64,000 nucleotides of DNA from the human T2T-CHM13v2.0 reference genome, Homo sapiens, in NCBI RefSeq assembly GCF_009914755.1, contig NC_060936.1; one strand, written 5' to 3'. Each line of letters opens with the position of its first letter. The first letter of the stretch is position 1. Of this stretch, positions 16,700-30,844 are shown one piece after another. The position numbers and the translations under genes were made by a program. The notes under the pieces were generated by a model that worked only from the letters and a program-made list of their open reading frames with translations, ran no database searches and was not told the origin of the DNA.

Positions 16700-16940
16700 A
16701 GGTGTCTCACACCCTTGGCACAGCTGCTTCACTGTGATAAGAAAGCAGAGCTCGATTTATGCTGACTTTGTTATCTAACCAGTTTATCCTGCAAACTACT
16801 GGGGGAGAAAAGGAAGAAATTCCTGTGAAATACAGCTAATGTTGGTCTTTCAAAGCACACAAAATGAAAAGCTGTGAGCATGACGCAAACTTGCAGGGGG
16901 GACTCCCAACAGGATTTCCTGTGGTGGAAAGGAAGCTTGT
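16700..16940. promoter_or_regulatory. Candidate haematopoietic enhancer motif cluster
   Basis: CACACCC 16708; CAGCTG-N9-GATAA 16721-16740; TGCTGACT 16760; TTATCT 16771; GGAA cores; TGACGCAA 16881; GGGGACTCCC 16898; TTCCTGTGGT 16916-16925; all in sequence with no repeat I recognise. Confidence 0.5.
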
Positions 16941-17799
16941 TGGAAGGCTTTTAATTCATTCAGAAATGTGGAGACCAATATGGCTGAGAGCTGGGTTTCA
17001 CAGTTATAGAATGTAATATAGTACAGTCAGCTCAGGACATCCCATTTCTAAGTTATAAGAGAATTACGCATTCTGTGTTCATTCTGAACAGTCATATTGT
17101 TAACTTGAATGAGAACATTTTCCTTGGACATTTAATGTATTCCCTTCTGATAATTTTAAAAGGTAATTGTCAGATAAAATGAACACTTCATTGGGCACTT
17201 CTGTCTCTGTTCCAATATGGGAACTTTCCTTAAATTAAAATTTAAATCATTCCAGGTTTTAAACTGAATGTGTTGCAGAGACTTTTAGGAGATTTACATT
17301 ACATAAATATTACAAAACAGAAGGAAACTCTACAAACAATCCAGAATTATTCAATCTGGAATCATTTGAAATGATAGTATTAATCAAGACTCAAAGCATT
17401 GGTTATAAGCTATTAAATGTATATTGATGTTATTTTAGTTAATTTCTATAGTATCGTCACATTTCCCACTGTTAGATATTGTTTTAAATTTTTAAAAAGA
17501 CAGAAAACATTTAAGTTTGAATGCATAGATACCTTTTGGTAAAAGGAATGCTAAGGAAACCTCACGTGTTTGCCTTTTTTGTTTTAAATTGGACCAGTTT
17601 AGTCTATTGGAAAAGATAGGACATATGTTTCATTTCTTACCTCTTTGATCACGTCATTGGTTAAGTTTCACTATTGTTTTTGCCAGCTTACTTAGAAGCA
17701 GCTGAGTTACCATTATTACATTAAAAAGTACTAAAGTATGATATGCCATACCTTAAAACTTCCTCAAGAATGAAGTTTACCTTCTCAAAAATAGAACCA

Positions 17800-18058
17800 G
17801 GCTGGGCACGATGGCTCACACCTGTAATCCCAGCACTCCTAGCACTTTGGGAGGCAGAGGTGGGTGGATCACTTTAGTTCAGGAATTTGAAACCAGCCAG
17901 GGCAACATAGTGAAACCTTGTCTCTACAAAAAATACAAAAATTAGCTAGGTGTGGTGGCATACACCTGTGGTCCCGGCTACTCCAAAGGCAGAGGTAGGA
18001 GTGCCATTGTACTCCTGCCTGGGTGACAGAGTGAGATCCTGTCTCCAAAAAAAAAAAG
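17800..18058 (+). mobile_element. AluJ with internal deletion
   Basis: Right arm shortened; TSD aaaa..gaaccagg. Confidence 0.9.
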
Positions 18059-18105
18059 GAACCAGGTTTGCTACATAATAGGAATATTACAAATTGTACT
18101 TTTGT

Positions 18106-18501
18106 TGTTAAAAGAAAAACCTTAGACCAATTAAATTTAACAGAGTTTAATTGAGCAAAGAACAATTCACCAGTCGTGCAGCTACTGAACCAGAATAGGT
18201 TCAGAGAGACTCCAGCACAGCTACTTGGTGGAAGTTATGGACAGAAAAAGGAAAGTGGCTACAGAAATTGGAAGTGAGATACAGAACCACCCAGATTGGT
18301 TAACACCTCCGCGTTTGCCTTATTTGAACATGGTTTGAACAGCTGGCCACCTTTGATTGGCCAAAACTTGGTGATTGGCACAAGAGTAGGTTACAGACTG
18401 TTTACACATCCAGTTAGGTTACAGTTCATTATGTACAGGGAAACCTTGGGCTAAACTTAAAATATGTAAGGAGGCAGCATTAGGCTAAACCGAATTTAAC
18501 A
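18106..18501 (-). mobile_element. MER57 (ERV1) solo LTR
   Basis: TG...CA; reverse complement TGTTAAATTCGGTTTAGCCTAATGCTGCCTCCTTACATATTTTAAG matches MER57; several CCAAT boxes; 4-bp TSD ttgt/atgt. Confidence 0.88.
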
Positions 18502-18833
18502 ATGTGTGCATGTGATTTTAAAAATCTCTATATTATATATGTTTGTAAGTTTAAATAGAAGCTATGAAGTGACTCCTTATATAATAAATGTAAGGTATCT
18601 TTGCTCCAGTGTATCTGCCTTTAGAAATAACTCACTAATAAATATGAGGCACTGAACTCGATGCAGAAGGCATGTTACTGTCAAAAAACTTTCTAGAAGC
18701 TTGATAGAGCTCTTAACAGGGTTTATTTTGGGGGAGAGCATGTAATAAATTGTAGTCTTAAACTGTTACAGATTTCCTGATACCTCCAATGGACTATTCT
18801 ACCTTTAATTTGGTAAATAAATGATGTTGATGA

Positions 18834-19222
<389 letters not shown>

Positions 19223-19248
19223 ATGCTTTTTTCTCTAATTAAAAATAG

Positions 19249-19550
19249 GGCTGGGTTTGGTGGCTCACACCTGTAATCGCAGCACTTTGGGAGGATGAGG
19301 CGGGAGGATCAGATGAGGCCAGGAGTTCGAGACCAGCCTGGGCAACATGGCAAAATGCTGTCTCTACTAAAAACACAAAAAATTAGCCAGGTGTGGTGGC
19401 ATGCACCTGTAGTCCCAGCTACTTGGGAGTCTGAGGCATAGAATAGCTTGAACCTGCAGGCAGAGGCTTGCAGTGAGCTGAGATCACGCCACTGCATTCC
19501 AGCCTGGGTGACAGAGCGAGACTCTTATCTCAAAAAATAAATAACAAAGA
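19249..19550 (+). mobile_element. Alu (J/S)
   Basis: Full dimer. Confidence 0.93.
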
Positions 19551-19774
19551 AATTATTGTTTAGGGTTTTGTACTATCAAACCTAAGTAAAAAAACAATGT
19601 ATGCTAAAGAAAAGGTTTATGTATAACAGGAGTGAGCAGTAGAGGTGATAAAACACATCTCTTTGAGAATGTTTATAGATTATGACCTCTCAACCACACT
19701 TGTGCACCTATTTTTTTTTTTTTTAAATGAGAGACAGTTCTGACCTGCTGGTTTGGGTTGCTGCTATGTGGCTG

Positions 19775-19900
19775 TTCAGTCATTTATTTGCCAGGCATTT
19801 TGGAAACACTTATTTACTATGTGCCAGTTACTGTCCCAGGTGCTAAGAATTCAAAGGTTAATAGAATTAAGGTCCTTGCCCTGGAGAAACCTCATAGTTG
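19775..19900 (-). mobile_element. L2 3' fragment
   Basis: 'tttactatgtgccagttactgtcccaggtgctaaga...gtccttgccctggagaa'. Confidence 0.65.
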
Positions 19901-20671
19901 CTCTTCAAAAGCAGTATTCCTAATATGGTTTGTTCTTGCTTCTCCATACTAAGAGGTGAGGAACCCCAGGGCAAATAATTTCAACACTGGATAAATCTGT
20001 AAAGAAAAAATGAGCCATTCCCAGTCCTGCACCATGTTTATGCAAGTTTATTTTCCCCAGTTCTCCAAAATGTAAAGTCTCCCTGTTGAGTTGTATTGTC
20101 TGGTCTGATTTTGGTACATGCTGAGCTCACCCCTGTCTTTCTGCCTTTATTATAGCTTGTTCCTCCTTCCCCTGTAATCTGAATTCTACTTGTGCTTTAA
20201 AGCTGAGCAAAATGTTACTTTGTCCACACACAGTGCCATTTCTTTCTGGTTGTTCCTGCTCAGCCTGAGCGCTCCATAATCTTGGCCTATCCATCATTGA
20301 CGTCACAACAGGTTAGCCCTTAATCACATATTGTTTTGCACATCTTGTTTGTTTTTAGTCATACCTCCCCAACTGGATTGTCTGAGCTTTAATGGGACAA
20401 ACTGCTACTAACCACAGTTTGGCCTCCCAACTTTTTGAGGAAGAAAGCTAGACTCTAGCATTTGATGGGTGGCATTTACAAATTAATGAGATTTTAAAAT
20501 TAACTGGATTATCATCAAGTTTCTACCCACATGAGTAATAATCAAGCTTGAACTCTAAATTAGAATTGTTTAAGCCCTGTAGGTTGTCGAGTTTAATTTA
20601 ACATCATCTTTATGCAATAAGTCACCTAACATTGTTCTTCATGAAAATTTAAACCAGGGATTGGCAGCTCA

Positions 20672-20881
<210 letters not shown>

Positions 20882-20994
20882 TTAAAAACATTTTACAAAA
20901 GTTGAGATCTCTAGTTTGTCTGAAATAACCTTCCCCATTCCAATGAACTGTAGGGAAAACAGCTAATTTTCAAAGAGCCATGAAAAAGGCAAGT

Positions 20995-21200
20995 AACAAC
21001 AAGATTTATTGAATGTTTACTATGTTCTAGACACTATTCCAAGAACAGTATTAACCCTCACAGTATTTCTAGTAGGTAGATACTATTATTAAACTTATTT
21101 TATAGATGAGGAAGCTGAAGCTCAAAGAGATTAATCAACTTAATCTCCAGGGTGTTTCAGGGTCACAATTTGTAATTTGTGGAATGGAGATCCAACCTAA
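20995..21200 (-). mobile_element. MIR
   Basis: 'attttatagatgaggaagctgaagctcaaagagattaa'. Confidence 0.8.
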
Positions 21201-21780
21201 GCAGAAAGCAGACTAACCACAGTTACCCATAATCATGCTTTTACTGCCTATTCAGAGAGACTGGAGGCATCTGTTCAAAAGTCTTCCCTAAAATGATGGA
21301 CTAGATTTGGTTATAAAGTAACTAAATCCATTTTAATATGTGCAAGTGGAACAGTTGCTTATTTTTCTATTTCCTCAGTTTGCAGTTAACTTAATTCTAA
21401 ACTTTGAAACAAAATGACAGCTGCATGAAGAGACCTGCACAATCCAATTGCTTAAAATTAGTTTGCTTGCTTATTATTATTTTGATTAAAGACTTACTAT
21501 TTTTGTCACATTTGCTCATTTCCTAGGGTTATAGCAACCTCAGTCTTCCTAAACTGAACTGATCTTTGTTTTCTCTGGATTCTGTCTGTACTTTTCATTT
21601 GGTCATTCCATCATATCTTTTGTTTTAGTCTTGACCTCCCAATTAGATTGTAAACAGTTTAAGAATAGCACAATTCTTTATTTCTCATCTATGTATAATG
21701 TAACAGAACATTTAGAACAATTTTTACAAAGTTGGTTTTTACAGGTACTGTATGTCTGAAATGATACTAGGATTAAACTA

Positions 21781-21822
21781 TTATATATATATATATAAAG
21801 TGTGTGTGTATGTGTGTTTGTG
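21781..21822. repeat. (TA)n/(TG)n microsatellite
   Basis: Directly visible. Confidence 0.9.
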
Positions 21823-21916
21823 TGAACTATTATTTGGGAAAATTTTAAGCACGCTTTCAAGTAGAGAGACTAGTACAATGAATCCACATGCACTCATACT
21901 CAGCTTCAACTAATGT

Positions 21917-22263
21917 GTTTTTTGTTGTTGTGTCTTGTTTTGTTTTGTTGAAATGGAGTATCACTCTGTCACCAGGCTGGTGTGCAGTGGCATGATCTCT
22001 GCTCACTGCAACCTCCAGCTCCTGGGTTCAGGTGATCCTTCTGCCTCAGCCTCCTAAGTAGCTGGGATTGGCGTGCGCTAATTTACAATTTGCAAATTGT
22101 AAATTTGTATTGTATTACAAATACAATACGTTTTTGTATTTTTAGTAGAGACAGGGTTTCATCATGTTGGCCAGGCTGTACTTGAACTCCTGACTTCAAG
22201 TGATCTGCCTGACTCAGCCTCCCAAAGTGCTGGGATAACAGGCGTGAGCCACCGCGCCCAGCC
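21917..22263 (-). mobile_element. AluS carrying a palindromic insertion in its central linker
   Basis: Both arms present; non-Alu insert about 22085-22130. Confidence 0.92.
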
Positions 22264-22650
22264 TGTTTTTTTGTTTGTTTTTTTTTTCTTTGAGACAGAG
22301 TCTCACTCTGTTGCCCAGGCTGGAGTGCAATGGCAATGGCGCAGTCTTTGTTCACCGCAACGTCTGCCTTGAGACAGAGTCTCACTCTGTTGCCCAGGCT
22401 GGAGTGCAGTGGTGTGGTCTTGGCTTACTGCAGCCTCCGCCTCTCAGGTTCAAGCAATTCTCCTGCCTCAGCCTCCTGAGTAGCTGGGACTACGGGCGCC
22501 CGCCTCCACACCTGGCTAATTTTTGTATTTTTAGTAGAGACGGGGTTTCACTGTGTTGGCCAGGCCGGTCATGAACTCCTGACCTCGTGATCTGCCCGCC
22601 TCGGCCTCCCAAATTGCTGGGATTACAGGCATGAGCCATCACACCCAGCT
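22264..22650 (-). mobile_element. AluS with duplicated 3' ~80 bp
   Basis: Alu 3' end present twice (22290 and 22369); TSD ccagcctgttttttt at 22258 and 22651. Confidence 0.9.
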
Positions 22651-22869
22651 CCAGCCTGTTTTTTTAAATTGTGAAATACACATAATGAATATTTTATATA
22701 CTATATATATGTAGGAATAACAGTTAAAAAATAAACTCCATGTTGTGATCACTTAAGAAATGAAATGTTATCAATACTCCTAAATCCCCTGGAATGCATT
22801 CCCTTCCCTCCCACCCGAGATAACTCCCACCCTGAATTTTGCACTAATTATTTGTGACTGAGATTGCCG

Positions 22870-23200
22870 CATTTGTTTGTACACCAACAACTATGCTCCT
22901 TTCTCCTTTAGTAATACAACTCCCCAAGTTTTAACTGGATGCCCACCTTCTAAAGACTATATTTCCCATGTTCCCTTGCAGTTATATATGAACATATCAG
23001 CAGGTTCTGATCACACATTTCTGTTCACAGTGATGTGAACAGAAATATGTGCAACTCCCGTGTTGTGTCCTTAGAAGGATTGTGCTCTATTCTCTCTTCC
23101 TGTTCTATTGATTGGAATGCGAACATGATGGCAGGAACTGAAGCAGTGTCTTAGAGACTATGAGATGGAAGTCAGGTGTTGAGGATGGAAAGCAAAAGGA
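22870..23200 (+). mobile_element. LTR16/LTR33-like ERVL LTR fragment
   Basis: 'gactatatttcccatgttcccttgcagtta' and 'tggaatgcgaacatgatggcaggaactgaagcag'. Confidence 0.6.
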
Positions 23201-23366
23201 TTAAATAACTAGGTTTTATTCTCTCCAGCTGTATGTGGCACTGTCCTTGTCATTTCTCTTCTAATGTGTCCTGGTAAGCTTTACTTACACAGTTTTAAAG
23301 ATTTATTTTTAACAAAGTAACATGGTCACATGTTCAAAATCCACAAGATATTAACATACAGAGTAT

Positions 23367-23668
23367 GGCTGGGTGCAGTGGCTCACACCTATAATCCCAG
23401 CCCTTTGGGAGGCCGAGTTGGGAGGATCGCTTGAGTCCAGGAGTTGAAGACCAACGTGGTCAACTTTGGGAGACCCCCATCTCTACAAATATGTTTTAAA
23501 AAATTAGCCAGGCATAATGGTACATGCCTCTGGTCCTAGCTATTTGGGAGGCTGAGGTGGGAGGATCACTTTAGCCAGGAGTTTGAGGCTGCAGTGAGTC
23601 ACAATTATGTCACTGCACTCCAGCCTGAGTGACAGAGCAGGACCCTGTCTAACAAAACAAAACAAAAA
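23367..23668 (+). mobile_element. AluJ
   Basis: Full diverged dimer; TSD atacagag. Confidence 0.92.
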
Positions 23669-24955
23669 TACAGAGAAACAGAGTGAAAACTTTCCGTTTT
23701 ACCTTTGCTGCCTGCTACCCTCCCCCAAAGGCAAATAGTACAACCAACTTCTTTTATATCTTTCCAGGAAAATTTATGTATCAGTATGTGTTTTAAATAT
23801 AATTAGATTATAAAATTTAGGAAATAGTTATAGTTCCTAATCAGAAATGTCCGAGGGCCTTTGCTTTGGGCCATGGTTCTGGGTTTTATCTTAAGTGGCA
23901 ATTTCAGTATCGTTAGTGCCTTCCTAAAGGGCTGCTGAAAAGAATTCTGAGGCATGTTGTGTTCAGTTAAAAAACAAAATGTTATGATCATTTATCAAAG
24001 TCTGCTTTGGGCACAGGAGTGGGTAGTGGCCACATGTGTCCAGGTTATCTGATGACTAAGCTGTCATTCTCTTGAGTTCTTTGAGTTTAGTTGATGAGAG
24101 CTGAGCAAAGAGGAGTCCCAGCACAGTAATATCGGATGGTCCAACTATCTGAACTGCAGTAAAGGACGAGAGTATTTTGAAAAAGCCAAGTGCATGTGCC
24201 AGAGCTTATGCATTTTACATACTGGGGAATCTGAAAGCTCCTGCCTAAAACTTCTTTGGTCTTGATTTATACAGAGCTCTAAACTAACAAGTTTAATAAG
24301 TCAGCTTCCTAATTCAAAGAACAATAGAGTCAGTACGTCGGAAAGGAGAAAAAGAGTACTTGCTATATGTAAGCCATGAACAGAAGTAAGAAATAGACAG
24401 GATGACAACACAGGAAGAACTTAAGCCACAGTAGCCTGGGGCCATTTAATGGAGGAACAGACACTCTCACATACTTCAGTAAACCCTTTTGCTATGTTGG
24501 AGCTATAGCACAGCAAAATGCAATAATTAGTGTTTATGGAGATGCGCCTGAGTCATCAGGATGGTGTGCTCAGTGCGCTATATTTAAAAGGTTAGACTCA
24601 ATCAGACCCATGGAGGAATGGTAGCTTGCAGCCTTGAAAAAACAGAATAAGCAACTGAGAAGCCTAAATTGATACAGTTGTGCAGCCATCACTGCAATGC
24701 AGGTGTAAAATATTTTCATTACCCCTAAAAGTTGGCCCCCTCATCTTTATATGCAGTTAATCCCCAATCCCACCCCAACCCTAGGCAACCAATGGTCTAC
24801 TGCCTGTCTCTATAAATTTGCCTTTTCTAGACATTCATATAAATGGAATCAAATAACATGTAGTATTTTGTCCCTGGCTTCCTTCACTTAGCCTGTTTTG
24901 AGGCTCATCACATGTATCATGAGTCAGTAGTTCATTTCTTTTAATTGCTGATTAG

Positions 24956-25330
<375 letters not shown>

Positions 25331-25579
25331 GATTTTACATTTTACTTATCCATTTACCTGTTGTTGGATATTAGATTATTTTCAGTCACATTTGCTTTTG
25401 GGTTAACAATTGTTACCAAGTAACAATCATGAAGCTAAAATGATGATACAGAATTTCACAATTTGTTTTTCTCAGGGCTCCTTAATATAAAAGACTCCAT
25501 TCCATATTCAAATTTGAGAAATACTGTTTAGGCATGTAAAATGTATCAGCAGTGTCCTAGTGACTATACTCACCCACTT

Positions 25580-25660
25580 TTAATTTTTATTATTTGTATT
25601 TTTTTTTTTTTGTGACTGAGTCTCACTCTGATACCCAGGCTAGAGTGCAGTGGTGTGACC
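25580..25660 (-). mobile_element. Alu 3' fragment abutting L1 (deletion or truncation junction)
   Basis: Poly-T plus about 50 bp of Alu, then L1 sequence. Confidence 0.75.
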
Positions 25661-25962
25661 ACAACTCTGTTTAGCATTTTGAGGAACTGCCAAACTATTT
25701 TCCAAAATGGAAACACAAATTGTGCCTCGTTTTGTGTTCCCACAGCAGTATGTGAGGGTGCTAATTTCTCCACATCCTCACCACTACTTGTTATTATCTG
25801 ACTTTTTAATTTTATCTATCCTAGTGAATGTGATATGATATCTCATTGTGGTTTTGATTTGCACTTCCCTGATGGTTAAGGATGTTTAGCATCTTCTCAT
25901 GTACTTATGGCCATTTGTGTATCTACCTTGAAGAAACATATTCAAATTATTTGCCCATTTTA

Positions 25963-26285
<323 letters not shown>

Positions 26286-27146
26286 TTGAGTTATTTGTTT
26301 TTACTGTTGAGTTGTAAGAGTTCTTTATATTTTCTAGATATAAACTCCTTGTCAGATATATGATTTGCAAATATGTTCTGTCATCCCGTGTGTTGTCTTT
26401 TTGCTCTCTTGATGGTGTCCTATGAGGCATAAAAGTTTTAAACTTTCATAAAGTTCAACTTAACTATTTTTTATTTTGTCATTGTGGTTTTGGTGTTATT
26501 TCTAAGTAACCATTGCCTAACCCAGGGTCATTGATATTTACTTGGAATTTTATCGTCCTAGCCCTTACATTTAGGCCTCTGATTTTGTGTTGATTTTTGT
26601 GTAAAGTATAAAGTAGAGGTCCATATTCACTTTTTTGCATGTGGATATCCAGTTGTGCAGCACCATTTGTTGAAAAGACTATTCTTTTTTCATTGAATTA
26701 TCGTGCTATCCCTGTTGAAAATCAGTTAACCATAAGTGTGAGAGTTTATTTCTGGACTTTTAATTCTGTTCCATTGATGTATATTGATGCATATGTATGT
26801 CCTTATGCCAGTACCACACTATCTTGATTAATTGTAGCTTCGTAGTAAGCTTTGAAATGTGAGTCCTTTAACTTTGTTCTTTTCAAGATTTTTTTTTTTT
26901 GCTATCCTAGATTGATTATATTTCCATATGAATTTTGGAATTAACCTGTCAGTATTTGCAGAAATTCAAACTAGCTGAGATTTTGATAGGGATTGCGTTG
27001 AATCTATACATCAATTTGGAGACCATTGCCTTCTTAAAAATGTTAAGTTGTCTAATCTATGACTATGAGATGTCTTTCCATTTATTCAAATCTTCTTTAA
27101 TATTTTTCAACAATGTTTTGTAGTTGTTAGTGTGTAAGTGTAAAGC

Positions 27147-27427
<281 letters not shown>

Positions 27428-27620
27428 TAAAGTTTTTTCTAGTTACTTCGTTCTTTTTGCTGCATAATACTGTAAATGGGATTGCTGCCTTAATTTTTTT
27501 TCTAAATTGTTCATTGTTAGCATATAGAAATAGAGTCTTGTGTATTAATCTTGTATCCTTTCACATTGCTGAACTTGTTCAACTTCCCTTTTTGACTGCA
27601 TATATATTTACAATAATAAT

Positions 27621-27909
27621 CTTTTTTTTTTTAGACGAAGTCTCACTCTGTCACCAGGTTGGAGTGCAGTGGCGCCATCTTGGCTCACTCCAACCTCTGC
27701 CTCCTGGGTTCAAGTGATTCTCGTGCCTCAGCCTCCCAATAGCTGGGAGTATAGGTGCATGCCATCACACCCAGCTAATCTTTGTATTTTTAGTAGAGAC
27801 GGGGTTTCACCATGTTGGCCAGGATGGTCCTGATCTCTTGACCTCGTGATCCACTCGCCTCAGCCTCCCAAAGTGCTGGGATTACAGGCATGAGCCACCA
27901 CGCCGGGCC
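27621..27909 (-). mobile_element. AluS (Sc-like)
   Basis: Full dimer; TSD tacaataa(t/g)aatc. Confidence 0.93.
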
Positions 27910-28454
27910 TACAATAAGAATCTTAATGTAATTCAGTGATATTTACTTATGGGTTTGTGAAATCAAGAAAAATTATTTGAACAGCTGTGGAATTTAAGGG
28001 CATAAAACAATTTGGGCCCCTTGCTCCAGGATTTTATGATCTTTCTCACATGCAGATATGACTGTTTCCACCTATGCATCCTACTTGATCTCTTACCACA
28101 TCCCTTGCTCTATCCCTTGACCTCCATCTCATCCTTTCACTTTGTGCTTCAACAGATATACTTTGCATTCTGGCATTTCTTTTCAATTGTATGTGCTTTT
28201 TCCTTTCCCTGTAACAGATTCCCAGGGTATACTTTCAAATCTCAGATATTCCTGACAGTGATTGCCCCCAGGCAAATATAGGCACACTCTCTGTGTTCCT
28301 GTCGTCTTTTTTGTACATGGCTCTGCTGTCGTATTTATACTATATACCAGAATTGTCTCAGTGTCTGTGCACTCTTGGGCATGACTTTGTAAAGCATCTT
28401 GGAACCAATTTATTCTTGTCATTTACTATTTGCTTGTAATTGCTTATAACAGTG

Positions 28455-28803
28455 TGTATTAATCAGGTTTCTCTAGAGAAACAGAGCAAACAGGATATAT
28501 TTCAGCAAGTCCCAAATCTGTAGGGCATGCTGGCAGGCCAGAAACTCAGGCAGGCATTGATGCTGCAGTCTGGAGACAGAATTTTTTCTCTTTAGGAAAC
28601 CTGAGTTTTTACTGTTAAGGCCTTTCAGCTGATTGAATGAGGCCCACCCACATTATGGAAGGTAATCTGCTTTACTTAAAGTCAACCCGTTATAGATGTT
28701 AACCACATGTACACAATATCTTCATAGCAACATCTAAATTAGTGTCTGATTAAATTACTGGATACAGTAGACTAGCTGAATTGACACATAAAACTAAGGA
28801 TCA
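28455..28803 (-). mobile_element. MLT2 (ERVL) LTR inserted in an L2
   Basis: 'tgtattaatcaggtttctctagagaaacag', 'gattgaatgaggcccacccacattatggaaggtaatctgcttt', 'ttgacacataaaa'; TSD cagtg/gagtg. Confidence 0.85.
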
Positions 28804-29739
28804 GAGTGTAAATTTCTGTAGGAAAGCATCTGTGTCTTTTGTTTCTCTTTACTCCAGGGGATCAAATGCAATGCTACATAATCAATTGATGTTTTACAAA
28901 TGCTTGCTTGAATGATTGAATGACTTCAACAAGGTTAAGTCCAAAATCCAACTTGACAACTTGAGAGTTATAATTTTGGCAAGATTATTTCTGCTAGCAG
29001 GTGTTCTTTATTGTTAGATTTTATTAGCAGGAAATTGTTTCCCCCAATCTCTCTGGCAGCCCAATTATTTTCACTAAATATGCCTATACCTTCTGTTCTG
29101 GGTTTATTTCCACCTCAAGGTCACTGATCTATAATCTGCTATTTTCTTTAGCTGACTATCCTTCCAACCGTACTTAACTATTAAATAAATGTAGCATTCA
29201 AGAGTAACACAATGTAGTTACATTTCCTTCCCACCCTCTTCTGACCCATTTTGATCTTGCAAGCATTGGGGTCTTTCTACAGGAACAGTAATACTAGGTG
29301 TTTTGAAACACATTAAAGTCATGGTACTTTAGAGGGGAAAATGCATGGAACCTTACAGTAATGATTTAGTAATATCTATAAGACATGGTAGGGAGGCATA
29401 AAGAAGGCAAATATGGAGTAGAGAGGTTTGTTGCTCGTGGTTATAGGTACACCATAATATTTTCTCTTGTGCTTTTATATTCACTACTGGTGATGGTAAA
29501 ACCAATATAATATGTTGTCTTTAAGGGACAGTGCCTTTTGGGAGATGGGAACAGTGGAGAGGTCATCCCAGTCTGATCTTAAAAGGGCCTACCCCAGAGT
29601 GGAAGAGATCCTCCATTTGTCCTGACAACTCTAGAGTAGAGATGTGGACATGTTTTGAGAATAGAGGAGAAAGGAATAGTCTCAGAAACAATACACTTGA
29701 CAACAAATCCAAAGTATATATAAAAAAAGAAAACACTTT

Positions 29740-30049
29740 GGCCAGGTGCGGTGGCTCATGCCTGTAATCCCAGCACTTTGGGAGGCCGAGGCTGGTGGAT
29801 CACGAGGTCAGGAGATCGAGATCATCCTGGCTAAAACGGTGAAACCCCATCTCTACTAAAAACACAAAAAATTAGCCAGGCGTGGTGGCAGGCACGTGTA
29901 GTCCCAGCTACTCAGGAGGCTGAGGCAGGAGAATGGCGTGAACCCAGGAGGCGGAGCTTGCAGTGAGCCGAGATGGCACCACTGCACTCCAGCCTGGGCG
30001 ACAGAGTGAGACTCTGTCTCAAAAAAAAAAAAAAAAAAAGAAAAGAAAA
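29740..30049 (+). mobile_element. AluY
   Basis: 'gagaatggcgtgaaccc...gcggagcttgcagtgagccgag'; TSD aaaagaaaacac. Confidence 0.96.
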
Positions 30050-30844
30050 CACCTCAATAACTTTAAGGTGTCACCCAGCACAGTGTTTTTAAACTCTTGC
30101 CTCTGGATTTCTTCAAGTTTCTGCTAATGTGCTGGCAACATCTTAGTCAACCTTGCATCTATCTCTGCACCCATCCATGTAGTTGTGGTGGTGTTTTGTC
30201 TAGACGGCTGTGCCCTTAGCTGATCTCCCTGAAAAGACTTCGCTAGATTTGGCTACTGCAGCACTACAGCTGCTAAATTAAGATAAACTCTTAACATTCC
30301 TGACCCAGAATTACTGTATCCCCTTGCTAAGTCTTCTGTGTGAAGTGGCACCACGTTGCTAATTCTGTAGTTCCCAGTTGTTGTCAAATGCTCAGTGAAC
30401 TCTTGACAACCATCTCAGACTTTAAAATATTTAAGCATCACCCCGATTACATTGCTAAGAGGTGCTGAATGTTTTAAATAAAGCTTACCTAAACAGTCTT
30501 GTCTCATTCCGGTTTCCCCTCACAGAGGAAGTGTCTTTCAATAACCCAAAACTACTGGCTTCTAATTTTAGGGATAACTAAGGTGGGACTAGGACAGAAA
30601 ATAAGCTCTTCTCCATTGATTTTCCTTAGTCATTTTACTCCAGAGGCCTATAATTAGCTCTATTTTCTCCACCTGTGGTACATCTTTAGGTTAAAATGAT
30701 GTTGGAGAAATAGTGGAGGATGTGCAGAGTTAGAAATTAGGGAGTGTACTTGGTCTCACTTTTGCATACTTAGATGAATGGCACTGGGGAAGAAGAGAAG
30801 GGGGACATTATACACCAATCTGTGTCCATTTCCTTTTATTTTTA

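Noticed and set aside
17560-17665. CACGTG plus CCAATGACGTGA (minus strand) and a donor-like GAG|GTAAGA
   Set aside because: Short motifs only; cannot be distinguished from chance without chromatin or RNA data
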